Assembly: GCF_036321535.1 (NCBI RefSeq)
Contig: NC_087447.1
Span: forward strand, 45,448,001-45,512,000
Source: Camelus dromedarius
Lineage: Eukaryota
Direction of reading: 5' to 3'
Length of the DNA stretch: 64,000 nucleotides
Shown: one piece after another, positions 50,699 through 63,873 of the stretch
Position numbering within the stretch: position 1 is the stretch's first letter
Layout: each line of letters starts with the position of its first letter
Notes under the pieces: generated by a model
Database searches by the model: none
What the model saw: the letters and a program-made list of their open reading frames with translations, nothing else
What the model was told of the DNA's origin: nothing
Made by a program: the position numbers and the translations under genes

Positions 50699-53599
50699 GA
50701 TGCCAGGGCTGCATGCCTTTCCTACAGTGAAATGCATTGTCAGACACAGACCTTAGAAATTGACTTGAGCTTTTATATGACTACTGGTAATACTTCTTAT
50801 TTTAATTCTTCTTATTTACCTGATATGTGTCTAATGAGAATAAGTGCTGTTTCCCAATACTGAGCATCTGAGCCTTTGAACTAGAAAACAAGATCTTTTT
50901 TGTTTCTGATCAAATTTCACAGAGATTATAATTTATTGAAGAAAAACTGAGGAAAAAATACCTGTGATATTTAATTTCCATAAGTCATTTAATTGATAAA
51001 TAACACTTTAAAATAAAAAGCCCAAAGTAATGTGCTTAAAATAAATTTCTTTTAAAAATTCATGCAAATTCATTCCTGTAATTATAATTACAGTAATATA
51101 TCATTCTATGGTATTTCTTACTGCCTTGGTCAACACGATACATATAAGATGTTGCTACTACTAACTGAAGTTCAAGGTTACACTTTATATCCTATTTTGT
51201 CTGCCATGAGGTCAGTGTAGAAATTTAAAATAAACACTAGAAACTTTTGCATTAATTTGACATAATAATTATATTTCTTATACATAGTAACAGTTATTAT
51301 TAATATACAATAATAAGGTAATTATTTGCTTTTGGATGTATTTTTATTTCATTTTTCTTAAATATCACTTTAGATGTATTTTACAAAAAATTATTTTGTG
51401 ATTGATTGAAAGTTGTGGAAATGATCCTTCACTATACAGTTTATGAAGCACTGTTATATAATTCATTGTTGAATACTAACATATTATTTTTTGTCAGTTC
51501 ATATATAAATGATAATTTAGTTTTATTTGTTTTAAAAACTAAAATCTTTAACATGTTATTTATTTTTTAAAATCATATCCATCTTATTTTAATTAGAGGC
51601 CTAAAATTTTTTAATCACAATCGGAGTGAATTTGGACGATTCTTTTGGAGATAGTAAGAAGGCATCCACTACAATTCTACACATTATCTTTAAAACTTAA
51701 GAAAATTGTAATTAGCTTCAGAAGCTTTATTAGCTTTTTTTAATCTTGAATTTTGTAAAAATAGAGAAGCCGAGAGAAGATCTAGGAAACTCACCCTTTT
51801 CAAAAAAAAAAATTTGCAGTCTACCACTATTATTCTAATTTGATCAAAAAGGTGATTAAGCAGAAAAGCCCACCTCCATTAGGAAATACACAGAAGACGC
51901 GTAACTTCTCAGAGCTGTGCTCCTCAACATCTCTTTCAAGTGCAGGTGAGAGAGCTAAAAAGGGCGACAAGTCCTAAAGCCTCGAGGGTGGCATGAGAGA
52001 AGTAGACATATCTCTCAATTTTGGAGCTGACAACCACTGAGCATGGGCAGATACTTCTCATTAGAAAACGAAACAGAGAAAAGGCAAAAGGAAAATCTAA
52101 AATTATTTGGTAATAAAATAGGAAATTGGTTGATACATATGGTTCAAGATTTATTTTGAATAATAGCAGCTCTACTAAAGCAAATAAAATAGTAGTTTAG
52201 AAACTAGATATTAATATACAAAGTATAGGTAAAGCACACCCATGTTTGTGCAATGAAATTTGCTTTTCAGAACAACTCTTCAATTAAAGAGTAAACCAAG
52301 TTCAAAGTAATACCCACTTATATAATTATAAAATATGAGAACATATGCCATGTGAATGGCATAATTATAATTCTGATATTTGTAATAAATTTCTTAACTA
52401 CATTGCTTATGCTTTTTGATGAATGATAAAAATGAATTTAATAAAGAAACTCTGAATTAAGAATTGTAAAACAACACCAACAATAATCCCAAGAAAAACA
52501 GGAGAAAGGATATAGTGAGAAGAAAAAAAATGGGATTTAGCAGAAATGTAAAAAAGTAAGAGAGTGCCATTTAGAAGAGGATCAAACCTGGCAAAATAGT
52601 ACCAAGTTTAAGAAAAACTATAAAAGCCAATTAAGCAAACTTAGAAGTGCAGAATAGCAAATAGTATATTTAATGTGAAATCCTACACACATTGCAGTTT
52701 AGGGGATTAAATGGTCCATACAGTGGCTCACTATTTTTCTGCCAAAAGGATATTCTTTTGTGCCCAGATTTTCTTTCTATATTCATCAACCCTCAGACTC
52801 ACAGTTTTATGGCATTTACTTCTGGAGATTTAGTGAATAAGCCCTCAATTAAAAATTCAGATCAAGATATTTTTACAGTGGAGTGTGATAAAGCAAAGAG
52901 TCAGACAGCCTGGGCTGTATTTAGGACACCATCATTTAGTCTATTTCCCCAGAAGCCACCTGGACACCATACTTGCTTAGAATTTCTTTCTTGGCTCATT
53001 GCCACTACAGGAACTGACTTCTCTTCAATAGATCACAAAGCCTCTGCTTCTTACTTCAGCAACAATAATATATAATTTAGAATTGACATGTGTAGGTAGC
53101 ATTCCTGAGCTTGCAGAATTGGAAAAGAAAGTAAACACATTCTCCCCCTAGCTAGTTCTTTCTGTAGCACAGCCTAGAATTCTTCAGTCTCAGGTCCTGG
53201 ATAAATATCTTCAATAACCTGGCTTATTCTTGCATCTGTGATACATACCAAATGCTGATGTGTTTATTCTGCCCTACAGTTTGATTGAACAGGGTGGGGT
53301 CAATGGACTGTTACTTTGGTGTCTCCTCTGGCATTAATTATCCATAGAAAACCTCAACTGAATGACATTCTTTCCTAGAGATAAGATCAAATGGGAAGAA
53401 TATAAAGCTTCTGGAGAAAAAGAAAATCCTAGAGAAGTAAGATCTGGTGATTCAAGAAATACCACTGTTGATTCAGACCCTGAATTGATGGACAGAAAAT
53501 AAGAAGAAAGCTGTAATAAAAAAAGATTTTATGGCATCTTCTTGACTTGATGAGGAGTTTCCTTACTAGAAGATACTATCATCATCGCCATGTCATTTA

Positions 53600-54072
53600 C
53601 TCACCCCTTGCACTGCTTTTAATCTTCCAGTATCATTCCGTTTTCTGATTCTCTTTGGCCCTGATGAAAAACCCAGGGCCTCCTGCCCCATACCTTTGGT
53701 GATGAAGGGAGATATTGAGGTGGTTGTGTTATCCTCAACCTCACCTGTCGTGTATCGCCAGAAGCTCCCGGTCTGTCTTCATTATAATCTACTGCTTTCT
53801 CAGCTAACCTCAACTATTTTAATGGTTCTAGAGCCACGGCCTCCCAGGAGCCAAGAAAGTGGCCCAGGTGTGCATGGGTTTCCTGTGGAGCCCAGCATAT
53901 GCCAGAGCGGAGATTTTTGAGCAGAAGACAGAAACAAGTCCTCAGTTTTCCTCCTGCTATTTTCCTTAAAGATCCTGGAAGTTAGGAATAAACAGATAAT
54001 TTCTCCAGTGGAATCTCTTTTACTGTAAAACTATTTTTCTGGGGACATACTGGTTGGTCAAAATAATTAATT
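53600..54072 (-). promoter_or_regulatory. Putative first exon / promoter of the minus-strand OR51 gene
   Basis: Locally GC-richer block with O/E-like motifs (CCCAGGG, TCCCAGGAG, TCTGGGGA), TAATTA near 54064 and donor GGG|GTGAGT at 53605/53604. A second donor AGG|GTGAGT at 51795/51794 suggests another UTR exon. Confidence 0.4.
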
Positions 54073-54589
54073 TACATATATAGTTTTTTCACAAAATTGT
54101 TTCAAATTTATAACCACATAGGCTTCAAGTAACAATTTTTGACTTGGCTAAGTATACATAATTCCTAATTTCCTATGAGAAAATATACAACGAAGATCTT
54201 TCTTTTAATGTTAAAGTTTTCATCATTATAATTTTAAGGTCACAAAATATATCACTGAATGTATATTCCATAATTTATTTAACCATTTTCCAGTTCCTGA
54301 ACAAATGTGTTATTTAATCATTTCAATGATTAGGAAGAAATATGAAGATTAATTCTTTAGGTAAGTGTGACAGAAATAATACAAATAAAGAAAAAACAAA
54401 ATTATGAGCATCTACTGCTCTGAACGTGACTGTGCAAAGAAGCTTTGTGATCTCTTACTGCACAACATTCACATGGAGCTTTTTTCACATTACTGCATTT
54501 ATTCATGAAAACAACTCTTTTATTCATTAAATTGACTTCTTTCTACACATTAGGTAATCAGTAATATTCTAGTTACTAGGAATACAATA

Positions 54590-55470
54590 AAGCACACAAG
54601 GTCCTTCATATTAGGAATATTTCTTGTAGTGTAAAAAGTCAATAATAAACTTTAAAAATTGTAATGTTTCAGGAAATAAGGTTCTTTGATGGAGTTAAGA
54701 GGTGATGTAATAGAGACTGACTAGAGGTAGAAGAGCATAGAAAAAGGATCAGGAGAGAAGTCTGTTGGAGGTAATGATTGAATTGAGACCTGGATAATAA
54801 GCAATCACCAGCCATTCAAAAAACTGAGGAAGAATACTGCAAGAAAAAGAAATGATGGAAATAGTACCTTGTACACCGGGGGAAAATTCTTGCTAAGTAC
54901 TGAGGGGGAGAAAAAGGGTAGGATACCTGAAACAAGGTACACAAAGGGAAGGAGGGTACTTGGGAAGGTAAAAGGAGGCACAGGCCTGGTCATTCAGACC
55001 TTAGAGATCAAAGAAAAAAGCTTAATTTCAGTCTAAGCACAATAAGATACCATTTTTTTTTCAGCAATGTGTAACTTGATCTCCTCTCTAGAGAACTGCT
55101 ATAGGATGTCAAAAGTGGAAACAAAGTCCATACTAAGGCTATTTTGAAAGACCAGGTTTAAGATGATGTCAAGTTTTCTAAGGTAGCTAAAATATAAAGA
55201 AACATGAATGGATTATGCATCTGTTTTGGAGTTAAATGTATGAAGTGATTGTGAAGAACAAAAAGGAATCAAGGATGACCATTAAGTTTGAGGCAGGAGC
55301 AAATGGATGATTGACTACTGGGGTACACCAGAAGAAAATAATAGTGGTTTGAATTCAGATGATGGTTGTCAAGATAAAGTGAATGAAATGATTTGAGACC
55401 AACTTAAGGTATAACCAACAAAGTTTGCTGTTGGACCAGATGTAGAGGAGGAGGAAAAAGGGGATCAGAG
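54590..55470 (-). mobile_element. L2 LINE remnants
   Basis: ggaggtaatgattgaattgagacct..ggaatcaaggatgac..ggagcaaatggatg. Confidence 0.55.
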
Positions 55471-56949
55471 AGGATAATTTGTATCATCTACTTCCTTATG
55501 TATTTCTCCAGTGTATCCTTCTCTCTAGGACTTCTTTTCCCTGTTCTATCTTTATCTTCTGCATATTTATTATAGTCTTTTCATCTATGGCCACATTTAT
55601 TTCTTTTACTAAAAACAAGAGTCTATGGGCTGATGTGCTTATGCTGGTTACTACATAAATCCCCTTCACCACCTTTCCAAAGCTATAGTCAAAGAGAAAC
55701 ATACAGGCACTCAAAGTTTTATACACAAATTATAATATGAAACTCATATTAGCTATTTACTTTCCCGACATAGCACTGTTTTACTCAATACATGAAATAT
55801 CGTATGTATCTAGTGTTTCTGAAATTATCTTCAATTTTTAATATAATATATGTTATGGATGCTATGAGAGGACCACCTAAAACTAGTTTCAAGATTAAAC
55901 TAGGGGAAGAGGTAGGAAGTAGGAAAACCTCTCCCTTATACTTAGGCTTATTCTCTCTTTTCATGTTCATTAAGTATATTGAGTGATGGAAACAGGAAAA
56001 CATGAATGTCATTCCTACAGAGTCCATATCTTTTCAGGGAAAACAGCCTCATATGATTAAATGATTAAATTAGAATCTTCCTCTACTGATACATAATCCC
56101 AGAGTCATGTTAAAATAAAATTCTGGCTCCACTTTTTCTGAATTTTTTTCTTTCTCCCTCAACTTAATTTTAAAAGTGTGGACCAAAGAGCAAGACTGGG
56201 GATCAGGAAATCCATACTCTATTCCTACATCTGACACTAGCAACATGATGTTGGCTACACTGCTTCTATTCTCATAAATAAGTATTTTTTAATTTTAAAA
56301 TATTTTAATGGTGTGGAGTTAGATAAATAATCTTCTTGCCATAAATATCTACTTGACTATACTGATGTTTATTTACCAATATAAACATATATATGTATGT
56401 ATATATATAAATGATTATGTGCTTACAAAACTGCCCATTCTAGACATTGTTTTTTGTTGTCAAAATATAGACTGATTAATACTGTGGAAGTACATGTGTG
56501 AGATATCAGAGAAAGCTCTCTGGAAGGTACCATTTAAGCTGAGATATTAAGGGTGGGAAAAAAATGCCGATATGGGGTTGTGAAGTGAGAAAGGAAAGAA
56601 AAGGAGAAAATCCATGAGACAAAGCAGGGGATGAAAAGTTTTGGAATCTATAGTAATTTGCAGAATAGATTTTTGGATGTGGATGAATGATTGATTTAAG
56701 AAGTATTATGAAACAAGGCAGGAGAAGTAAGTAATCTTAAGACATTCTTACATAATTCCCAAATAAATAAATATAAAGGTACTGATTTTGAGGGCATGAG
56801 TGTGTGAGTTTTGAGATGGTCAATGGTATGATCACATTCATGCTTTTTATAGATAACTTTACTTGCACTGTGGTCAGTTAATTACATGGGCATATTTTAT
56901 TATTCTCAATAAGGTTATTTCCCTGTTTCAAGGGAACTGTGATTTATAC

Positions 56950-57455
56950 TGATAGCTAACATCAACTGAAAGGAATACTACTATGCCCCCAGGACTGTAA
57001 CACTTTTTAAGATTATCTGCACGAAGTTTATGAAACTCCTATGTAAAAATTTCTACTTTACTTATTTTTCAGATGAAGTATCAGATTTAGAGAAGTAAAG
57101 AGACTTTCCTCAGAGATAACTATTAAGCAGTAGGACAGAATTTAATTAAGTGGAGAAAAGAAAGTGTGCAGTCCATGAATTTTGCCAGACTGAGTGTTGA
57201 TCTCCTTAATTAACTCTATTATTACACATAAACAAACAAAAAATAGGTTCTGCTTGGGTTCAATAGTTGCATGGCCTTGGGTGATAAATTTATTCTCCTC
57301 AAGTCTAAGTTTTAAACCTATAAATTATGGACAGTAACAGTAATAGTACCTATAATATAGGAGTTCAGTGAGGGTAGATTAGATGATTTATATTAAGAAT
57401 TTAAAATCCAGCCCTGTACATAGAATCTTCTCAGAAATATTGGTTATTAATAGTA
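56950..57455. mobile_element. Two MIR remnants in opposite orientation
   Basis: Minus copy ttttcagatgaagtatcagatttagagaagtaaag; plus copy gggttcaat..gccttggg..aacagtaatagtacct..gtgaggg. Confidence 0.55.
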
Positions 57456-58779
57456 TTTCTCAGTAGAGTACCACATGTTTCTTTGCTATATTTAAAAACA
57501 AAATATGTCACCTGTATCTGTGTTGTGGCCTGCAGAAACAAGTAGGAGAAATTTGAGGATCATAAATTTTATAAATAAGATTCCAAGAAATTCTCCTATA
57601 ATGATGACATGGAATTCCTGTCTGTTTACTGATGATCTGTTGTTTGTATCTAACATCTCCATTGGTCATTCTGGAAATCAGGTGAATCAGAGAGAAATTT
57701 ACATCTTTAGAAAAGGTACAGTGAACCAAAGATCTCAAAAGAAAGCCACTTTCCAAAGGCCTTGATCTAATTATACAAATGGACTTGAAGAGGAAATGAA
57801 ATCTAGGGTTAAGAATTACAAGTTTTAAAACTTCTTTTTTTTCCTGGAACCCCAATTAGAAACAAAAGAGATATCTGGTTTTCCACCAGGTAGACCAGTA
57901 CTTTGAGATCGTAAGTGTATGGGGAATGCTCCTAAAATTATGTTTAGAAGTGGGCAGTTATGGGCATGTGTGTGTGTGTATTGGCGGGGTGGTCACCAGT
58001 GTATCTGAATTATTTTGAGGTTTCCCCATGAGAATCATGTCTGTTAGGTCAAAGTTATCATGAGAGGGTCCCTAGAGTCCATAAAACTCAGACAGCTATT
58101 TTTCTTCGATCGCTTTATAAGGCCTAAATAAATCTTACTTTAGTACTATCATTCACAGTATTTTTCTCTTCAAACTAGGATTTTAAGCCACATGACTTAC
58201 GAGAAATTTTATGCAATTCATGCCTCTATTGTGTGAATAGTATATAACTATATAGACTTGTTTTTAATCCTACTCTTTTACTAACTATAAAATATATGAG
58301 CAAAATTTTGCTTGCTTTTTTTAACATGTTAATTTATTTCTTTAAGTTCCCTAAGCAAAAAAAAAAAAAAAAAAAAAACCACAAAAACAAACAAACAAAC
58401 AATCCCACGGAAATATGTATGTATAATAATGCTGGGTAAGATTGATGCTGGTCTGTTTATATTATAGTATATTAATTAAGGAAGACTGCAATACTCCAAA
58501 AATTTAAATATTAGAGAAATGACTGAAAAAACTTTAAATATGAACTGATAAAGCTAATAATCATGGTAAGAGTGCTGCTGCTGATGGTAATCACAGAGAT
58601 AGCATTATGTTTAAATAGGAAAAAGAAACTCTTTAACAACAATTTAAAGTTTCCTTCTTTCTGTGCCTATATTATAACATATGCAAATAATACTAGAAAA
58701 TGGTCACAGCTTTTGGTGAATAAACATTAACCCTTCGATCATTAAGAAAAAGTGTTTCATATACATCTAACAGCCAATT

Positions 58780-58909
58780 TGCCAGGATAAAAAGAAACGA
58801 AGTAGTGATAAGTGATATGTGCTACAACATGGATGAACCTGAAAAACTTTATGCTCAGTTAACGTCAGACACAAAAGAACACGCTTATGTGGTTCTGTTT
58901 GTATGAAAT
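58780..58909 (+). mobile_element. L1M 3' fragment abutting the ERV remnant
   Basis: tgctacaacatggatgaacctgaaaaactttatgctcagt..cagacacaaaag. Confidence 0.7.
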
Positions 58910-60034
58910 CAATTGAAATAGGCATTCCATTCATTTCTGGAAATTCTAAAGCTATTGTACTCCAATGGTTTTTAGGAAAATTAGGTTTATGGATTTCAAA
59001 AGATCCCCATATTGGCTATTGATATCCTAAATTGCTTTTGGTTAGGTTGGTACATTTAGTTAGATATATGCATGAGGAAGGATTGCAGTTCTTAAATATA
59101 AACTTGGCCAGAGTCCCTGTAGGCGAGGCACCCTCGAAATATTTTATTAATGGGATCCTATTTCTCAGGCATTTTTCTCTAGAGTTAAATAACAATGTTC
59201 AAACAGCTTAAACAGCTTGCAGCTCAAACAGCCTGCAGGCCTAATACCAGCCAGCTCTTAGGGGAACAGCTTAGTCCAGAAGGAGTCAGACTTTTCAGCT
59301 TATTTCCACAGAACAGCCCCTATTCCAAAGGAATAAGCCAATGGTTGAACTGGTACAGTTTCAGTGAAATTGCCCCTGTTTCCAAAGGATTGAGCTGAGG
59401 CTCTGAGCCAGTTTCAGTTGAAATAATCTGATCAGACTGAAGTATCCAATGAGTACTCACACACAGAACAAGATCTTAACCAGAAAGGATAAAACCTTAA
59501 AATAGATTCCAAATAAAGCCTGAAGAGCTTCAAATATAAAGAAGGGATGAGCTCAGATCCAGGAGAAATACATACCTTCAAACTCCAGGGTTGGCAACTA
59601 AAGCAGTGAGCTCAGTGAGCTCAATTATGGGTATTACACCTGTTTGCTCACCAGCTCCAGAACCTTTGGGTTTTTTTCTGGGCCCTCTATAGGCCACCAA
59701 AATGTTCATCTAGAACAAATAAACTGCTAGATATTTCTCCAGAAAAGATGGGTTTATTCGAGATCAGCAGAGAATTGCAATTTGGCATTTGCAACCCTGG
59801 CGAGCTACATGCGTGAACACCCTCACAAGGGAAAGAGAGCTCTTTTATAAAAGGGAAAAGGAAGTTGTGAGGACTACAGTAAACAAAAAGTCAATGGCTT
59901 TTCATTGGTTGAGTCTTTACTAGTAAAGAAGAAGGAGCCTGTCTTATTCCTGTTGGGTTATCTTCACAGAGCATGGACGTTCTCCCTTCTGGTTTCCTAA
60001 CTCTCTAGAGTGTTTTGTTCATTAATTTTTTACA
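58910..60034 (-). mobile_element. ERV1-class provirus 5' remnant: LTR 60034-59703, PBS 59699-59682, leader, degenerate gag start
   Basis: Minus strand: TG..CA-bounded 332-bp unit with CCAAT (59908-59904), TATAAAA (59849-59843) and AATAAA (59758-59753). Then TTT, PBS-like TGGTGGCCTATAGAGGGC, donor AAG|GTATGT at 59575, and a broken gag-like reading (SPTGTLAKFIFKN..YQ*PIWGSFEIHK..EWNAYFN) within 59161-58910. Confidence 0.8.
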
Positions 60035-61400
60035 CTGTCTTTGTACTTAAGTTTTAGAAATTTCTATTGGCATATATAATTCATCAATTTATTCCTCAGC
60101 ATTTCCACTCTATTTATGTGTTCATCAAAGTCATCCTTTATTTCTATCATGTCTTTTTTATTAATTTCTGACATTTCCTTTTGATTCTTTTATAAAATTT
60201 CCATCTTCCTGCTTACATTATCCATCTGTTCCTCTACATCATATACTTTTTCTATTAGTTCCCTTACCACATTAATCATAGTAATTTTCAATTCCTTGTC
60301 TATGAATGTGACTCATATATGAATCTGGTTCTGATGTTGTCTTTATTTCCTCAGAATATTTTCTTGCTTCTAAGCATGATTTGTAAATTTTTTTAAAAAG
60401 ATGGACAAAATATATTGAGTAATAGGTACTAAGGTATGAAAATATTTAATATGTGATTTTATGTTAATCTGCATACAATTTGGACTGTTTAACATTTGCT
60501 ATAGCTGCATGTGCTAAGGTCTCCAAATTCCTCTATTTTTTTGTTTGTCTCCATTATTGTCTTTGGGTTTTCTAAGAACTCCCTACATAGAATCTGTGTC
60601 TTGCAGCTTTTTCAGCTGTAAACCACTGTTAATATACTGAGTCCTATTGATATTGTGGTAAAGAGTGGGTTAGGGAAAGCATTCTATAATCTTATGGTAA
60701 ATCTCTGATTTTTGGTGGGCCTGAGTCTTCAGGTTGTAGCATTCACCAGGGTTTATTTACAGCTCCCTTCCTTTTACATGAGACAAGAATGCTAAAGAGG
60801 TTAAAATTAGTAATTCTCTTTCTTTCTTTCACCTAATAGAGACAGGATCTGATAAAGATTTTTTCACTGGAGAGTAGGCCTTTATTGTGGACAACACACT
60901 GGGTACATTTTAAAATGTTTACCTTTACCCTCAACCTGCTAGAGCTGCAAGATTATTTTTTAATTTGATTTTCATCTTGAGAACTTTAGGGGGCTTCTGG
61001 AAGTAAAGTTCATGAAAGTATGCCACCATAATATTACAGGCCCCAGAAGCCTTTAACTCTCATGTTAAGCCATACTGAGCCCCCAGAAATTTATATAAAA
61101 TGCTGGTTAAGTATTTCTACAAGTTTATGGTTCCCTCAGTCTCTGTTCTAGGGAAACTGATGTTGGTTGTCATTCTCTTTATTTATAGAAAATAAATATT
61201 ATAATATATAAAATATAAATATTATATATTTATTTATGTTTCTCTCTATTTCTGGGTGGTGGTTCATCCTGGGACTTTACACTCTGGTGGGTTCAAGAAA
61301 AGTCATGATTTTTAGTTTGTTTGTGTTTTTTGTTATTTCTCCTATAAAAATGAATGTGATAACTTCGAGTCTCTGTATGTCAGAACTAAAAGCACGAATC
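60035..61400 (-). mobile_element. Old L1M 5'/ORF1 remnant
   Basis: T-rich antisense ORF1-like sequence (catttccttttgattcttt..cattaatcatagtaattttcaattcc..gaatctggttctgatg). Confidence 0.6.
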
Positions 61401-61409
61401 TAACAACTT

Positions 61410-62195
61410 GATTTTGAAATCAAAAAATAAAAATACAATTCTAATTACACTTAAAAAAATCAAATATTCAAGGTTAAATGTGAAAAAAATTGTACTAAAT
61501 TTGTACAGTGCAAACTCCACAATACTAATGGAAAAATCAAAGAATATACAAGTAAATTAATAAATACTACATTTTCATGAATTAAAAGATATATAAATTC
61601 TTCTCAGTTTGATTTTTAGTTTCAACACATTCTCAGTCAAAATGTCAGCATGTTTTATGCACATATTGACAAGTGCATTCTAATATTTATATGTAAAGGT
61701 AAATAAATTATAATAGCAGGAACAAATTTGGAAAAGAAGAACAAATTTGGAGAACTTGCTCTATTAGATTTAAGACTTTTTCAAAATAAAGCAACAGTAG
61801 TCAAGGCATGTGTTATTTGTGAAAGGATAGACACTTAATAGAACAGGGAGCTCAGATAGATTGCATCAATATATTAAACCGATTTTTGGAAAAAGTTCAA
61901 AGATAATTCAATTGAGAAAGGAGAGTCTTTTCAAAAAATGTTGTTGTAAGACAAAAATAATCTTGACACCTTATGTACAAAATGGGCCCTAGAGGTAAAA
62001 TATAAAAATTTTAGAAGAAAACATACAAGAAAATCTTGTGATCTTGGGTTTGACAATGAGTTTGTAGGTATGACAAAAACAGTACAATCCTTAAAAAACT
62101 GGCCTCTATCAAAATTTTTTTAAAACTGTATTTCATAGAGTTAAATAAATATCTACCATATGATCTAGCCATTTCATTCCTAGTTATTACTCAGG
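61410..62195 (+). mobile_element. Old L1M ORF2 remnant
   Basis: ttgacaagtgcattctaatatttatatg..aaagaagaacaaatttggagaact..ttttagaagaaaacata..accatatgatctagccatttcattccta. Confidence 0.75.
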
Positions 62196-62928
62196 GTCAA
62201 ATATTGGGTTAGTGCTTTACTGTTTAAAGTGTAAGCCTTTTTATATCTTGTAGAAAGATAAAAGAGATAAAAATATTGTGAGGGTCAGAAAAGATAGAAA
62301 TCTTGTACAGGATAAAGTGATACATGAAAATAGAGAACAGAAATAAAGTACAACAATAAAATAGGTAAACAACTTACAGAGTGGCTAAAAAGTGTGGAAT
62401 GTGACAAAAGCATTCTGATTTCACTTAGTTAGGTTCCTCTTGGCTAATTTTGCTTTATGTGAAGTTAGGTTACTTTAGCCAGCCCATTTCCTTTGGGATC
62501 TTATGATACTTTGGTGATAGTAAAAGAAGCACTGTGGTACCCAAGAGAAAAATTACCCATGCATTTCACACTTTCCTGATGATACTGCCAGCCATGGCAG
62601 CAGTACACACCTGTGGGCATATATTATCTTCCTTTACAAATAAACAGATCTCAGAAGTCTCCCAGCAAATCCCATGACCCTGTTAACATTATTGTTTCTG
62701 CATAAAACCCTCTAGTTTGCTGGTATTCTCAGTCACTAGCACTGGGAAATCCATGTTCAGACAACTGATTCTTGCCCTAAGGAATAAACAATCAAATGTT
62801 CATAACATTTAAGGAAACTGTATTATATTTTATTTTCTTCTCAAAAGCAGACAATTACTAGAAATTAGAGGATCATAAACTGATCTAACTTTTAATACCT
62901 CTCTAGGAAGATTTTTAAGCCTCTATTA

Positions 62929-63873
62929 ATGTCTGCTATCTCTACCTTGAACTTCAGTAGTTCCAGATTTATTCTCACTGGTTTTCCTGGCCTAGAAGTT
63001 CATTATCTTTGGCTCTCCATCCCTTTCTCCTCCATCTATGCTATGGTTTTCCTGGGGAACTGCATGGTGCTCCATGTGATCCGGACTGAGTCGAGCCTCC
63101 ACCAGCCCATGTTCTACTTCCTAGCCATGCTGGCCCTTACTGACCTGTGTGTGGGGCTGTCCACCATGCACACAGTGCTGGGAATTCTGTGGGGGCTCAT
63201 TCAAGAGATCACTCTGGATTCCTGCATTGCCCAGTCCTATTTCATCCATGGTCTGTCCTTCATGGAGTCCTCTGTTCTCCTCACTATGGCTTTTGACCGC
63301 TACATTGCCATTTGCAACCCTCTACGCTACAACTCCATCTTAACTAATGACAAAATTATCAAAGTTGGGTTGGCAATCTTATGTAGGAGTTCTTTACTCA
63401 TACCTCCAGTCATTATCCGCCTGAAGTTCTTAAATTATTGTCGTCCCCACATCCTTTCTCACTCTTTCTGCCTGCACCAAGACTTAATACGAATGGCCTG
63501 TTCAGATATTCGCTTCAACAGCATCTATGGTCTGGCCCTGGTGATCAGTAACCTGTTGTTGGATGCAGTGCTCATAATTATCTCCTATATCATGATCTTA
63601 CATGCAGTCTTAGCTATTGCATCACGAGAGGAGAGAATCAAATCTTTGCAGACCTGTGTATCTCACATCTGTGCTGTTTTGGTATTCTACATCCCAATCA
63701 TTGGTCTGACCATGGTTCATCGTTTTGGGAGACACCTCTCACCTTTGGTTCATGTCCTTATGGGCAACATCTACATCCTTTTCCCACCCTTGATGAACCC
63801 CATTATTTACAGTATCAAGACCCAGCAAATACGAAGGAGGGTCCAGAGATTGTTTCACTTGAAAGGAATGTAA
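62929..63873 (+). CDS. Olfactory receptor OR51V-subfamily paralog, intact, 314 aa
   Basis: Intact ORF collinear with the OR51V1 pseudogene (shared GNCMVL, TVLGILWG, HQDL.R.ACSDIR, GNIYILFPPLMNPIIYS); NFS sequon. Confidence 0.92.
   Translation: MSAISTLNFSSSRFILTGFPGLEVHYLWLSIPFSSIYAMVFLGNCMVLHVIRTESSLHQPMFYFLAMLALTDLCVGLSTMHTVLGILWGLIQEITLDSCIAQSYFIHGLSFMESSVLLTMAFDRYIAICNPLRYNSILTNDKIIKVGLAILCRSSLLIPPVIIRLKFLNYCRPHILSHSFCLHQDLIRMACSDIRFNSIYGLALVISNLLLDAVLIIISYIMILHAVLAIASREERIKSLQTCVSHICAVLVFYIPIIGLTMVHRFGRHLSPLVHVLMGNIYILFPPLMNPIIYSIKTQQIRRRVQRLFHLKGM

Noticed and set aside
50699..50737. 13-aa N-terminal extension of the OR51 ORF
   Set aside because: The downstream ATG at 50698 gives a typical OR N-terminus; use of the upstream ATG is unsupported.
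403..59398. The many 60-127 aa ORFs in intergenic DNA
   Set aside because: Expected by chance in AT-rich, repeat-derived sequence; many begin at non-ATG codons and show no recognisable domains.
59681..59695. CTCF-like CCTATAGAGGGCCC on the minus strand
   Set aside because: Two core mismatches; better explained as the decayed ERV primer-binding site.
61190..61235. AT-rich imperfect inverted repeat
   Set aside because: Low-complexity sequence inside an L1 remnant; such palindromes arise easily.
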